A DNA stretch of 64,000 bases from Camelus ferus (GCF_009834535.1 NC_045697.1:59336001-59400000), one strand, 5' to 3'. Counted from the stretch's first letter, positions 1-14,339 are shown. Notes: generated by a model not told the origin, from the letters alone. Made by a program: numbers and translations.

Positions 1-480
1 ATAGGAGATAAAACTTTCTGGTATTTGTATGCCCGAAATGTTTTTATTCTATTCTTCTAATGACTGATATGTCAGGTGGAAATAGGATTTTATATTGCAA
101 ATATTTTCCCCAGGAAGATTAGAGATACTGATACATTGTCCTCTGTCTCTAGTATCTCTGTTGATATGTTCTATACCATTCTGATAGCACATATTTCATG
201 TGACATTGTTTTTATTTTTAATTACTGGAATTGCTTATGATGGTTTATGTAGTGCCAGAATTTACACAGTACTATGATTTATTGAGAGTATATTTTCACT
301 TATTTAACTGGGCAATGGATCCTTTTAATTTGGAAACATTTTTTCTTCATTCAGAGAAATGTTATTTCCTTTCTAAATTTATTCTTTAATTCTTAGAAAT
401 TTTAATGTTTAAATGTTGGAGCTCCTGGACTGTGCTTCTAATTTTTGTAGTTTTTTTTTTTCTCATTTAATATCTACTTT
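1..480 (-). mobile_element. Old L1/HAL1-type ORF1-region fragment, runs off the window start
   Basis: T-rich decayed sequence resembling the reverse complement of an old L1M/HAL1 ORF1 region; no open frame. Confidence 0.5.
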
Positions 481-551
481 TTCCTTTTGTCACACTTCCT
501 TTACCACCTTTAAAAAATAGCCCCCATGATATTATCTACCTCCTTTCATTT

Positions 552-1885
552 CCTAAATTTGCTGAAAACAATAATCTACACATCCAAGAAGCATAACTAG
601 CTCCAAGTAAAATAAATACAAAGACAATCACACCCAGATACATCATGGTCAAAATGTTGAAAGCCAGAAATCTTTGAATGCAGTAAGGGGAAAAATAACT
701 CATTTCATACAACATACAAGAAAAGCCCAGTAAAATTAACAGCTAAATTCTCTTCAGAAAGAATAGAGGCCAGAAGGTAGTGGGGCAACATATTCAAATT
801 GATGAAAGTAAAAAACAAAACAAAACAAAACAAAACTGTCAACCAAGAATCTTATATTCAGCAAAACTATCTTTCAAAAATTAAGGTAAAATAAAGGCAT
901 TCTCAGATAGACAAAAGCAGAGAATCTGTTGCTAGAAATCCCACTTTATGAAAATACTATAGAAAGTACTTAAGGCTGAAAGCAGGTGACACCAGACAGT
1001 AATTCAAATCCACGCACACACCCAAAGAGTATCAGTAAAGGCAATTATGTGGGTAATTATAAATAACAGTATAATTGCATTTTTATTCTTCTTTCTTTTT
1101 TTAACTAATTAAAAGATACTTGCATAACTATATATATATAATTATATTGTAGGGCTTTTAACATACAGAAATGTAATGTATTTGATAAAAACAGCAAAAA
1201 GGAGGTGGGTGGGAACAAAGCTTTATTTGAGTAAAGAAATGATATCAGATGTTAGCTTGAATTCATAGGAAAAAAATGAAGAGAATCAAAAATGATAAGT
1301 AAGATTAATATAACAATCTCTATAAATACATTATTTTCTCTCTTATCTTTAAAAGACATATAAAATGTAATAATTATAACAATGGATTGTAGGGTTTGTA
1401 ACATATGTAAATATAATAGAATAATAAAAAGAGAACAAAAATGGGGGAGAATGCAGCTATATATGAGTAAAGTTTTTATATTTCATTGGAATTAAGTTAA
1501 TATAAATCTCAGTTTGGAAGTTAAGAAATATATGGTAAGCCCTAGAGCAATTACTTAAAAATAATTTCAAAATATCATTAAAAATTATTAAAGGAATTAA
1601 AGTGTTACCAGAAAGTATTCCTTTACCACAAGAGAAGGCAATAAAGGAGGAAATAAAAATGATGTGATGCATGTAAAATGACAGATGTAAATCTAACTAT
1701 ATTCATAACATTAAACATAAATGAATTAAGTAATCAAATCAAAAGTCAGACATTATCAAATTGAATTAAAAAATAAACAGGACCCAACAATATGCTGTCT
1801 ACAGAAGACATTTTAGATTTAAAGACACAAATAGGTTGAAAATAAAAGGATGGAAAAGATGTATCACGTAAACAGAAACCTTAAG
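552..1885 (+). mobile_element. Old L1M fragment: ORF1 3' half, inter-ORF spacer and ORF2 endonuclease start (degenerate)
   Basis: ORF1-like 'cctaaatttgctgaaaacaataatctacacatccaagaagc...acacccagatacatcatggtcaaa' and 'tcttcagaaagaatagaggccagaagg'; ORF2 start-like 'gacccaacaatatgctgtctacag...aaaggatggaaaagat'. Confidence 0.85.
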
Positions 1886-1949
1886 GATAAAGACTTAAAA
1901 CAAATAGACAAAACAAATAAAACAAAAAGACTTAAGTAAATTGACTTAT

Positions 1950-2621
1950 AGAAGTCCACAGAATGTTTGAGCAAAGACTACTTTTCCCTAAGGAACCAAA
2001 TTGCAGTGACTGAGGGCTTTTTGCGGAGGCTGGTCAGTTATTCCAGAGAGAAAAATTCCAGCTCTTGTCAAGGGCAGAGTAGGTACAGGTTCGGTGGTGT
2101 TGTGATCTCAGCCTCCTAGGTAACACTCTGAGAGCTTGGGAGTAGGTGGCCCAGAGAGAGAGACTTCACCATTTCAGATGTGACTTTTCCATCTGCATCT
2201 TTCTTCTACCCTAACCTGTGCCCACATTCCCAAGACTAGATATTTTTCATGTTCAATTTCTCTAAAACTGGAGTCCTCTGCTAGTTTGAGATGGAGTAGT
2301 TGCCTAAATAGAAAATGTAGGAAAAGAGATTTAGGGGGGAAATTTTTAAGTTTTCAACCTCAAATATTTTTATTCAATTATATTTTTAAAAACCTTGACC
2401 CATAATTCAGCCTTAATCTTTTCTAGACTTTCCAACTGGAATTCACTTTCTCCTAACTGCCATGGCAACTACTTTCCATCTGCTTTTCATTTTCCAAATA
2501 TTTACCCTTCTCCACCTTGTCTTCTTGCCTTTTTTTCTCCCCCTTTTATTGTCATTTTAGTGGGGTTTTGAAGACAGCAAAGATAAATGTACACTTAATT
2601 TACCATGTTTAATCCTGAAGT
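1950..2621 (-). mobile_element. 5' end region of an old L1ME/HAL1-type element, probably continuing 1-480
   Basis: Reverse complement at the right end reads 'acttcaggattaaacatggtaaattaagtgtacatttatc', like old L1/HAL1 5' termini. Confidence 0.5.
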
Positions 2622-4574
2622 ACAACCCCTCAGAAATAGGTCAGCAAAGTAAAAATAATAAGCTTTTGTTTAAGTACTGAGTCAATCACACTGATGGTGT
2701 TAAATGAACAGGTTACATATTTACTTTGTTACATGTTTTCTCAGTGGGAAGACATACATAATAATACCTACCTCTAGGTCTGATGTGAGAAAAGATATGT
2801 ACAGAGCTTTCATGGCTTACTTCTTTGTGGCTGTAATCAACATCATCATCATCATTATTTTGGCTCCAAATAAAAACAGTTTGGCCCAAAGTGCTTATAT
2901 CAGTGTTTGAAATTCTTCAGCTACTTAATAATATAACATTATTATTAAATTTAAATAAGATTATTCAAGTAACCAAGGACTGATATATTTCAAGCTATTG
3001 TTCTGTCTTAGTCATAAAGAATTTGCTTTAGAGAGAACATGGATCATAATTTTGTGATCTATTAAGTCTGAACAAGAGATGAGAAAGCCAAATTTAGTTT
3101 TGGACGTTGTGGTGGAATGAGGTAATAATAATGTGACCAGAGTTGTATTAGTACTATAAAAATTTAAGTCCTTAAAAATATGAGATTTGTGAGACGTTAT
3201 TACTTATATATGATATTTGAGGAGAAATTCAAGATATATAGTTTTTTTGGCCTAGTATGCTAATCACATTGTTTAAATGTACATTTTCCTTTTTCTGTCT
3301 TTAGATTTTAAATATGATGGCTTTATGGCAATAAGTCTTCCTTGATTGATACTACTTGCTTGTATTCATAGGTAGTGTTGTCTTTAGTAATGAATAATTC
3401 ATTTGTAAAATAACAAGCATATTTTCATCATTCCAAATTAACCACATGAGTATTAAATGGAAAGTTAACCAGCTCCTTGACATTCCTGTGAACCAGTAGC
3501 CCCAGAGTAAAATATGATTGGCAGAAATTATAAGAACTAAGAATAATAAAAAATACTCAAATTTTCAAGAATGAGAAGTAAATGCTGATAATCAGTCATA
3601 AATAATAAAAGTTTGCTATTCAATATTTAATGTGTACATCAATATATTTTAAAATGTGATCAGTATCAAAAGCAAAACACTTCTTATTTGTACAACATTC
3701 TTTTCTGAACAAGAGCCTTTCAATATTCATGTGCTTCATAAATGTTTCCTCTGTGTAGAGACAGCTTTATTCAGGGAAGATAATTTTTGAATGGAAAATT
3801 ATTCCATTAATGAAATATTTTTCAGGGTGGCTGCTTTGCACACATTTCATTCTACTTACACCTAGAATTGCTGTGTTTTGATACTGATTAATAAGTTGTC
3901 TATGTATTTTGTAAACCTTCTCAGGGAAGGTAGTCTGTAAAACAGTAAAATTGCTGGAGCACAAATATTTATCACTGATCCAATAAGATTTTACGTACCC
4001 TGTAAATGCAATATTACATATTTTATGCTTCCTCCGTCTTTGGTGCAATATACATTCAGTTTTCTTCCCATGAAGTTTAATTTCATAATCAGTAGATATC
4101 TCTGAACATTATTTTGTTACAGCTTCATGGGTACTGGATGTTTACAGGGAGTCATTATTTTTCCCTCGGGTAGTGATAAGGAGCCAGACAAGCTGAACTC
4201 ACATTGTTTATATTTTGAAATCATGCTTGATATATGTGCTTCTCTCTTCCACTTACTTTGAAGTCTGTCACTAGCTCACCTAACAGATTATGTAGTATCA
4301 TGGACATCAAAGTCAAGTTCAGAAGAGGGTGCATTTAATTAAATAACAAAATGAAGGAAAATCTGATTCAGTTTTTGGTTTTGGTGGTTAGTAGGGAAAA
4401 AGGAATTTTTGATCCTTCCGATTGCTTGAAAAATCTTGTATTACATATTCAAGTATACACAATTGAATATTTGATAATGTGTATGTATATACATGTACAC
4501 ATTTACATTTATATATGCACTGTAGTATAGTAAACCAGTTATAATAACTAGAATTAGTTTTGTGAAGAAGAGGG

Positions 4575-4790
4575 TTATTCAGTAAAAGAGGCTGGATAAG
4601 AAACAGATTTTAAAATTCGATTGCCAGTTCTGTCACTGAACTGTTTTGTGAACTTACACAAATAACTCATTCTTTTTATTTCTTCTCTAAAATAGAGATT
4701 GCCACCTCACCTCACTAATGGATTTGTGAGAGGGAATAAAATGAATAATGAATAAATGAATAAAAAAGACTTGAGAAGTAAGTGGCTAGT
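4575..4790 (+). mobile_element. MIR SINE, decayed
   Basis: MIR core-like 'ccagttctgtcactgaactgttttgtgaacttacacaaataactc...ctctaaaatagagatt...gatttgtgagaggg'. Confidence 0.6.
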
Positions 4791-4954
4791 GACTGCTGTT
4801 GAAACACTTCATAGCCTCGAGACTGGAGCTGCAGGAGTACCTAACTTTTTGCATTATACATATTTGAGTTATCGGGGTCTGTAAAGTCAAGTCTTGGTTA
4901 TAAACTCTGAAGGCAATTGTTCCTGAATCTTGTTTGCTTTAGTGGAAAGAGTAG

Positions 4955-5145
4955 TAGCGCTAGGTTTCACTGTACTGAGCTCTAGCCCGAGCAATGCCAC
5001 TCATTCTGCAAGGTCAGATGATATTTCTCAGGAAACATTTCCTCATTTGGAAAGATTGGATGATCATCCTTTTTATTCATATGGTTATTGTGAAGATCAC
5101 AATACTTTGAAGGCCAGGAAAGCTGTTTGGAAAATGTGAAGTGTT
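4955..5145 (+). mobile_element. MIR SINE, decayed
   Basis: 'gagctctagcccgagcaatgccactca...tttcctcatttggaaagattgga...ggttattgtgaagatca'. Confidence 0.6.
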
Positions 5146-5231
5146 CAGAAATCTGCAATGATTTTCAACTCAAGAATGTTCATAATTTTATTTGTTTGTT
5201 TGTTTATTTTAGTTAAACAATTTTCCTTCTA

Positions 5232-5468
5232 CTAGGAGTTCCAACAATGGTTATCAAAGCTCAGACCACACTTTTGTAAACTTCTGGGTCGACTACTTTA
5301 TCACTGTCCTTTTTTTGGAAAAGTAAACTGTATATATATATATATATATTTTTTTTTTAATGTACCCATATAATCTTTATTCTTTATCAGCCATGATTTA
5401 GACAAATTCAAATGAGACCATTCTGTGATCACTAATAACTGTTTAGTCACCAGAATTGAAGACTTCTT
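5232..5468. mobile_element. Possible decayed hAT-Charlie-type MITE
   Basis: Ends 'aggagttccaac' and 'gtcaccagaattgaagacttct' loosely resemble MER5/Charlie termini. Confidence 0.3.
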
Positions 5469-6319
5469 TTCACTTCCTTTTCTTATTATATTGTCCACAA
5501 TATTTGAAATTATTAATTATTCCTATTTTTCAAAATCATTGTTTACTTGTTTTATTTAAAATGATCCATGCTAGTACATCCATGAGTTCTTTTCCCTTCT
5601 CTTCCTTGCATTTCTATATCCACTCTTCTGCCCATGAAATGTAGTTAATACTCAAGGTCTGCCCTTGTCCTTTTTTTCTCTTTTCTTCCCTTACCCATTT
5701 TTATTTCATTATTAAATTCTTATCTATGGCTTCAACTATCATTCAAATGGAGTTAATTGCCACTTCTGTCTCTATCTTTAATATCTACTACTTGTCTCTT
5801 CTAACTGTCTATTACTCCCCTAAGTACCTTTCAGATTGGAGAAACTTCCCACTACGTCATCAATGTGTCTGCCTTTTCTCACTTATAGTACCTGGGTCAT
5901 CCATTTCCCCATCTTTGCCAGCTGGAATGCTGCACATGCAGTTGTTGCATACATTCTTTGGTTTATAAAGCCTTTTTACCAATTAAATTAAAAATTGGAA
6001 GTTAGTAATTAAGTAAAAATATACTAAATTTTAAATAAAATTGGTTGTGTACATTTAAAAATATGTATGTAAAATTAGAATTGTAAAAAAAATTAAAAAT
6101 AAGATTACTGTAGGCTAAACATTTATAATAAATTTTGCTCAGTTTTCATGAAATGAATTCAGGCTCAGTGGGAGTTGATATCTTTTTCTACCTGTTTCTT
6201 TAATGGACAGAATGGAGTTATATGGAGAGTCAAAATTTAATTCATATCTATAGTACATTGTGTTAACTATATTTTTCTTTTACCTTGTTTCTTAATGAAG
6301 GAGACAGATACATATTCTA

Positions 6320-6530
6320 TCATCCAAAAATACTAAATGAATGCTTAAAGAATATGTTTTCTGTACTAGGGATTTTGGAGGACACAAAAAATCAGGCCCA
6401 GTTTTTGTGTCAAGGAACTTATGGTCTTGATGTAAACGTATATGAGAGGAGATGTGTGAAAAATATTTATAGGACTAGATAGAAAAAATAAGTGCCTTAA
6501 GAGAGAGAGGAAGTGCTATGTGAATTTTAT
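6320..6530 (-). mobile_element. L2 3' fragment
   Basis: 'ctgtactagggattttggaggacacaaaaaatcaggcccag...caaggaacttatggtct', typical of reverse-oriented L2 ends. Confidence 0.55.
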
Positions 6531-6617
6531 GATATATGGTAAAATATGCGTGCCTTGGTTTTTAGCCTCATATTGAAAATGCAGTTTTTATTTTCCCTAA
6601 ATGTCTGCAGTGTTTTT

Positions 6618-7010
6618 TCCCTTTTTTCAAAAATTTGCAATATAGTTGATGTACAATATTATATGTTATGGGTAAACAATATAGTGATTCATAAATTTTG
6701 AAGGTTATACTCCATAGTTATTATATAATGTTGGCTATATTCACATGTTGTGCAATATATCCTTGTAACTTATTTTATACATAATAGTCTGTACCTATTA
6801 ATCCCCTGCCCCTATATTGCCTCTACCCCCCACTCTCTCCCTCCTGATGCACGCTAGTTTGTTCTTTGTATTTGTGAGTCTGTTTCTTTTTCATTATTAT
6901 CACTAGTTTGTAGTATTTTTTAGATTTCACATATAAGTGATATCATACAGTATTTGTCTTTTCTGACTTATTTCACCTAGCATAGTACCCTCCAAGTTCA
7001 TCCATGTTGT
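6618..7010 (-). mobile_element. 5'-truncated L1 (3' UTR and ORF2 tip)
   Basis: 'tagatttcacatataagtgatatcatacagtatttgtcttttctgacttatttcacctagcatagtaccctccaagttcatccatgttg'; degenerate TSD tctgcagt(g)tttt at 6604 and 7011. Confidence 0.9.
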
Positions 7011-7039
7011 TCTGCAGTTTTTCTTAATGAGAAGCTGAA

Positions 7040-7270
7040 TTGTGTGGTGGCTAGGCTCATGGCCCCTAGAGCCACACAGCCTAGGTCACATCTGTCAGCC
7101 ATTACCCACTAGTTATATGCTCTTGGCCAACTTAAGATCTCTAAGTCTCATTTTCCTCATCTGTAAATGGGGATAATAAACATAGCACACACTTCACATG
7201 ATCATTACAGGATTTAAATTACATGTATTTATAAAACACTCAACAATGTCTGCTTTGTGGTAAGTGGTAA
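7040..7270 (+). mobile_element. MIR SINE
   Basis: 'ctctaagtctcattttcctcatctgtaaatggggataataa' MIR core. Confidence 0.85.
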
Positions 7271-8559
7271 GGACGTGAAAACTTAATTTCTTAGTGATAA
7301 TTACTTCTGGTTTTACTTGGCTTGGATTTATTTAGGTCTCATATTTACTTACTTCTAAAACTTCAGAATACTCCCATCTAAGAATCTGACAATAGGCAAT
7401 GATAAAAGGTTTTGATCATAAAATCAAGCAGATATTGGCAGATTTCATCCAAAATTATGGATGAAAAACATACTATCAGTATAAAATTATATGTTCTAAG
7501 CAACATAAAGTATTTTGATTTTAAAAGGTATAATTCAAGCAAAAGAATTTTTAAATCTCAGAATCATAAAGAAGATAATTTCCCATTTCTCCCCAGTATT
7601 TGTCCTAAAGTATGTTATCTGGTTTTTGTAGAAATCTCTAGGGACAGGTTAAGTTAAGAATGCTATCAGTATGTATGCAGTAACCACTTTTATTCCAGTC
7701 TCTTTCAGCTGTAATGGGTAGTAGCAGCTCAAAATGTTCAATTTTAATTTCCCAGCTCTCCTTTAAAAACAACCTTTACCAAGTTGGAATATATGCATTT
7801 ATTTATTAACAATACCCTGCAACATTAATCCCTATTTAATAGTGTTTCAAATGCAGTGGAATTTAATTTTACATATTAGACTTGTGAGAACCTAGTTGAA
7901 ATATGCAAGTCTTGATTACATATAGCTATATTTGAAAGCTGAATTTCATTTTAATGTTTCAATAGCTATTTCTCAGAACTTCATGATGAGATATGACCAT
8001 TTTCCATTATTTCTACAGTATGACATTAATATTATAGCATCCTTTATGTTGGGAAATTAACATAAAAATTTTGGTGGCGAAGTATATATAATTCATTTTT
8101 CAGTTATGGATAATTTGAATTTGAGAATTTTTTGTTGTTTCTGAAACTATAGTCATTATTCACATTTGCAAATTGAAAAGGATTTGAGATTAAATTCTTT
8201 GGACACAAAAGTCAACTCCACAATTTGTTCAAAAAAATCATGAGCATGCATGATGGGAAAGAAATGATAAGTGTGTTCAAATAGAGATATGATATATTTC
8301 ATAGCAAATTTCTAATCATTTACAGGAATATCTGCCAAATCATTTGGCTCAGAATGTTTTTATTGTATTATATATGAGATGTATTATTATAATAAAATAT
8401 ATCTTTTGAAAATAACAGTTTATAAATATATAACTTATATGAAAATATAACACATAATGCTTCATTATATGATCTTAAGGTGCAATATATAAATACAATT
8501 ATATGAAAATTTGGGCATGGAATCTATGTGAGTAGTCACTTCTAGGTGTTTTTAAAAAT

Positions 8560-8900
8560 GTTTCAGAAGTAAGTCAGAACTAGAGTTTAAGAACCTGTTT
8601 AAAAACAAGAGTGGCTGAATCCTATGAGTATGGAACCAGAGACCCTTAAAGCCCGCATAATCAAAGGTGAAGATGATTCCAGCTTGAGACTGAGTTATCT
8701 TAAAAATGGTCTCAGCTGTAGAAAAGAAGAAGGGTGTAAAGGAAGGTCACCCTGAAAGAAAATGTAATAAAGCAAATATTTAAAGTTAAAGTAATCAAGA
8801 AAGGGACCAGAGAGGTGGTGCCAATGATGATGCATATATGAAGTGGAAAAAAATGAGAAATGTCCAATATTTATGATCAGTACAGATAAATACACACAAA
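8560..8900 (-). mobile_element. L2 fragment
   Basis: Purine-rich L2 antisense pattern 'gtaatcaagaaagggaccagagaggtggtgccaatgatg...aagtggaaaaaaatgag'. Confidence 0.45.
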
Positions 8901-11479
8901 ATAGTGACAGAACATTAGAGATGGTTATTAACTAGAATGTGGCTCTAGAAGATAAGACTGAAATAACTTTGGAGTAGTCCCCGCTGATTCTTACCTTCAT
9001 CCTTCACCTTTATTCCAGAACAATGAAGGAGTTCAGTACCCTCCCTTATTCTTCTCCCCTTCTTCCCCTCCTTCTCTCATCAAAATATTTTTTAGCTATT
9101 AATTGTACTAAATTAGTCTCAGGAATATAACTGATTGATGTATCTATCATATTATATATATGGCTGCCTATTCTTTCCATTTGTTATATTGACCTTGGGC
9201 CTAATGTTTTCTCTCCTTTAACCTGGAATTTTCTGATTTCAAGTTTTGGATGGATTGACTAAATCTATCTGGTTAAGCAACTCCACATTCATGTCCCTCA
9301 TTTAACCTATCTATAAAATGGATTGCTTGCTGAAGTACAATATCAAATAAACTTTAAAAAATTTTTGGTAAAAATGTCTTTCTTTAAATCACTTGTAAAG
9401 TAAATAATAAAGAAATATCAATGTACCCGAGACATTAGAATTTTTCCAGTTTACAGTGCAAAATTATGTAATTACATGAAACTGGCTAAAGGATAAATTG
9501 AACTGTAAGAAGTATTCAGATGTGATAACCAGGTCAATCAGTTCTGCCACCTGAATTGCTGTGACAAAAGTTCTTATGCACCTGCTCAAACTACTAATAT
9601 AATTATTAAGAGAGAGGAATACTCTTGTTCATGCAGATTCTAATGTAATATGATTTTGTCTACCTTTTTTTTTTTTTAATGAATGAGAGGATAGCATAAT
9701 TCATGCTTAAACATAGGTGCATCACACACCCAGTCTCTCAAATGGACAGATAATGCCTAATCACATTTTGAAATGCCTGATACCTATTTTGTTCAAGCTT
9801 GAAACGTATTTGATTCTGATCATTATTCTTAAACGTAGTTCTTGCCTTGATTTAATGTGGTTATATCTTTCTTACATTTAAAAAATCCACTTATTATTTA
9901 TTATTTAATTTCCTTGCATTTGCTACATTATTAGTAGAATATTTTAGTACCTAACCCTAAAAGTAGATTCCTTCTTTTAAAAGAGTTTCAATGAAATAAA
10001 AGGGAAGCTTCATGATCTCCTAAGTGTTTAGTAAATGTTCTCAATGGTGATAATAACTTTTTGGTAGTTTAGGTCCACCTACAGTATAACTTCAGACAGA
10101 TATGGTCCAACTTACAGTATTATTTCAAAGCAGATTTGAAAGGGAATCTTGATTTTTATTTCAAACTCTTTTGCTTACATTTATATAATTTTTGAAGATA
10201 ATTTATGAAGATGATCTGATAATAAATTCCTTCTTAAACCCTTTATAATGATTTTAGAGTTCTTTCAATTTAATAATTAATGCACACATTTATTTTAAAA
10301 ACACTCATTTTTAAATTTTTTACCTTAAATTACAAAAATGAAATGCATTCAAAGGTGGACAAAACTAAAATACAGTGAGACTACAAGAAGCCATGCGTTG
10401 TTTAGAAATGAATAATCATTTAAATATGTTCTATTTAGGAAGTGACACAAGGAAGTTTGATTTACAAAATTGGTTGAAATATGCTAATGAAATCAAATAA
10501 CAAATAGAACCATAATTTTGTTTGCTACTTTTTACTGTCACTGATTTTAGTTGTTGGTTGAAACAGAGGGATAGTAGATGCCTTTTTAAAAAATCCATGT
10601 TTATTTGTTTTTATATTGATTGTCTTTCCTAGAATTTAAATCCTTTATCATTCTGTAAGCATTGTGAGGATTGCCTTTTTTCAATCACTTTGCTTTCTGA
10701 AGCACCTTCAAAAAGCCTCTAAATACTTCTAGATGTTCAAAATCCTCAAAGTTATATTAAATGATATCTATTTTTTTAGGTAGGCGAAAGTAGCAGAGAA
10801 AGACTGGGTACCTTATCCTTAGTTATAAATCCGAAATAATTTAAACGATTTAGAAGTTAATTCGAGAAAATAATTCTTTTCAAAAACCGTATACCAGTTA
10901 TGTAATAAACAAAACAATTATTGCTATCTGTCTGGCTTTTGTTGGATATTACCTATTAATAGAATAAATTCCATGCTTTGAGGTGAAAATAAACTGAAGA
11001 TGGCTGCACAATTCTAGGAAAAAAATATGTGTTCTTTCAATTTACCAGAGATTGTGAAAGCTTATTATTGAGGAGATCAGGATTATACTTATAAAGAATT
11101 GGATGTGAAACCATAAAATACATGCTCATTGTTTCATGTGAGTGTTCTTAATAATGCCTCAAGATTTGTGAAAATCAGGTAAAGCCATATGATGCTGCCA
11201 CAAGTAAGTCTAAAATGCTATTAACCAGGTCTAGTAAAACTCCAGTGTCTTTTTACCACAGATGGTACAGTTATTTCGATGGAATTACAGCAATATACTT
11301 AGCAATTATATTGCAGGTATTAATGGAAGATAACATTGCCTTAGAACTAATGAGTTAATAGTATTGATACTTTGGGATAGATAGATCCTTAGGGAAGAAT
11401 ATCAGGTATTAGTTTACTAGATAATTTTATGCTTTTATTCAATGGACATTTGAAGATTTTCTATAATTTTTGTTAAATA

Positions 11480-12130
11480 AACTTGAATAAGACAAGTCCC
11501 TAGATATAAGGAGGTCAGAAACTATGGGGTTAGGGGTCTCTAAACAAAGAATGAACTTCTAAGTGGACACAGTAGTGGGAGAAACAATTCCATCTGGGGT
11601 AAGCATTTGTGCTTTCAGTAACAAAGACTATGAGAAAATAGCTGACATTTTAGGTTTATAGGATATGTGCAAAGGCATAGAGATGGAAGATATCTTTTTT
11701 ATATATATAAGATTATGTGAAGTAACTGAAAGAAGCTAGAGTCTTCAGTACAGTGTAAGGAGTGAGCATTGTATGAGTGGAGTTTGTAAATGGGGGTAAG
11801 AGTGAGGAAGTAGATGAGCCTGGAAAGATAGCTCAAGGAGATTGCAAGTATATTTGAATGGTGAGTTGTTTGGAGTTTGTCTTGTATGAAATGAAAATCC
11901 ATAAAAGTTTCAACAGGGAAAAGACAAGACCACAACTGTATTTTAGAAAGCAACATGTGGTGTCAGAGTGGAGGTGTGGGAGATGAAGAGATAGGATAGA
12001 GGAGAGGAAGGCTATTGAATGAAATACTTCAGTAATAAAATAGGCTCTCTTAAAAATGGGCTTAGATGAATTAGACATAGAATATCCACACTGAATGGCA
12101 TAAGGTTCCATCAGTTCCGCCTTAAGGTAG
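11480..12130 (-). mobile_element. L2 fragment
   Basis: 'gtgcaaaggcatagag', 'gtttggagtttgtcttgtatgaaatgaaaatccataaaagtttcaacaggga...gtattttagaaag'. Confidence 0.7.
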
Positions 12131-14339
12131 TTATTAAACTGCATGGGTTTTCTGGAGATTATTCTAGAGTTGAGATTACCAGGAACACTACTCCACAGTG
12201 TAGTCTTATGTTCTTGGGGCTGGCACTTGTTCTTTTATAAGGAATGAAATAACAGAATTATAATTTCCTGATGTATTTTTAGGTGACTATTTTACCTTGC
12301 TGCTATTCATCTGGCAAAATGAAAAAATCCTTAGGAAAGAATGAATTTGCCTTTTGACACTTAAGAAATTACAGGTAATAGTCAATTATCTATTTGACAG
12401 AGATGCAAAATGTGGATTTTTTTTTTCTGCTCTGTGTTGACATTAGAGTGACCTTTGGCTCATCTGGCGCAGAAGGTTCCAGTCACATTCAGTATGGATT
12501 ATGACCCACTGAGCTTGTTCTTAACATGTTCTTATAGTCAGCAGATCTCAGGAGGGACTCTCTGTGGAGTATGTTGTAATCTTCCACTGGATGCTTTTTT
12601 CTTTTTTCTTTCTTCTTTTCTTTGCTTTGAAGAACTGGACAAGAAAGGTATCTCTGCTGAAAGCTGAGTAAACCTGGAGGGCAAGTACTGACATCCATGA
12701 GATCAGAGTCACTTTTGCAAGAGCCAACCAGTAGGGTAAACATTTTGCTATCGCTTTAATAAATGAGACTAGTTGGAATGGCATCGGATTGGTTAATCTG
12801 AACAATTTTCATTTTCATAGGCAGCTAGTAGTCACTGAGCTTTCCTTATCACACAATTATTTTTTTCTAATTTCCTTTGCTTTTTCTCTCACTTAACTCC
12901 TCAGTCCATATAAACCAAAGGCAGCATTCTGGAAAGTGATGTGATTATTGGGAACATTTTGTTGATAAAAGATACTCACCCAACAGGAAGAAATTAAGTT
13001 GTTACTGACATTTTTCCATAGAAAGTGGAATTCTCTTCAGCTGAAATCCTACACAATGGAATTTCCACTTAGCAAACTCTCTAAGACTGTGAGAACTTCC
13101 TGGTGATATTAGATACTGCAACTTCAGAAATATAGACTTAAATGAATAAATGGCAGTGGTGAATATGCTGTGGTGCAGAATTCTAGTTCTCTAGGGAGTG
13201 TCCAGTATCCTACATAATAAATTACAGGAAACAATTAAAAATAAATTAGGACAATGCTGTACGTCTATTTTAGACTTACACTAAAAGCCTTGGAAATGTT
13301 TGAGAAAAGTTTGTTTTTTTACATTACGTTTTCAGCCAAGTAGCTATAAAAAAGCTGGATGAACACTACATATGTGAGAAGAGTCTTCAAAAACAAAATG
13401 TTTTAAATTTCACCCAAAGCCAGGATTTAGTTATAATCCAAGATTGTATCAGCGGAGTAGTACCCAACGATGCCATAAATGTTTCCATCCACAACGGTGG
13501 CCTTGAATGTTTTAAAGGCTTTCAGATACATGGATTATTATCTTCGCATTAAATTAGAGAAGGAAGGCTTTCCAAGGTGGCCGTTTATACCTTTTGGTGA
13601 TATAGTCTGAACCAATCATAAGTCATCCTATGAAAACTTCCTTTAAATTTTATTATTGATAAAGTCCTCAATGCCATGGAAAGACCAAGTGTCTCATTAC
13701 AGGATTTAATAAATGATTAAGTAAGATAGCATTTGTTTTCCTCTAGTGACACAGCAAGATTCAGGTTAAATCTATTTCTTTAAATTTGTAAACTGGTTAA
13801 TGTCAATCAAAGATGAGAAAATTAGAAAATTTGTCTATGTTGAGATTTCTTTCCTCAACCTTATGGTGATTTCAGATATCTAGGGTGATATTTTGATTAT
13901 GTTATTATGATTTTCTCTTTTTACTTTCTGTTTATAAGTATTTCCAATTAGCTAAATTGAAACTTTTGTTGGTTTCAGAAATAGGGTAGGTGGTATTAGG
14001 AATTTTATAACAGATATACAAAGATCAAGATAGAATTAAAGTTTAATTTCTGAAAACCAGAAAAGAATTTTCCACAAAAATAATAGATTTGAAAGAAGAA
14101 CTTGGAATGGATATTTTCTAAATTTTCTTAACATACAATGCCCAGACATAAACAGCACAGACCATGGAAATTTTTCCCTGAATACAGAGAGGGCACACCT
14201 TCTACCTTCATGGATAATCCTTATGGCTTGGTAACCACAGTAGGAAGATACCATGTAAGAGCAGCAGATAGGTAGCTCAGAGCCTGTCCTTTTTGGCCCC
14301 AAAGAACTTTGAGAGATAAAGGTGGAAAAAAACAGATGA

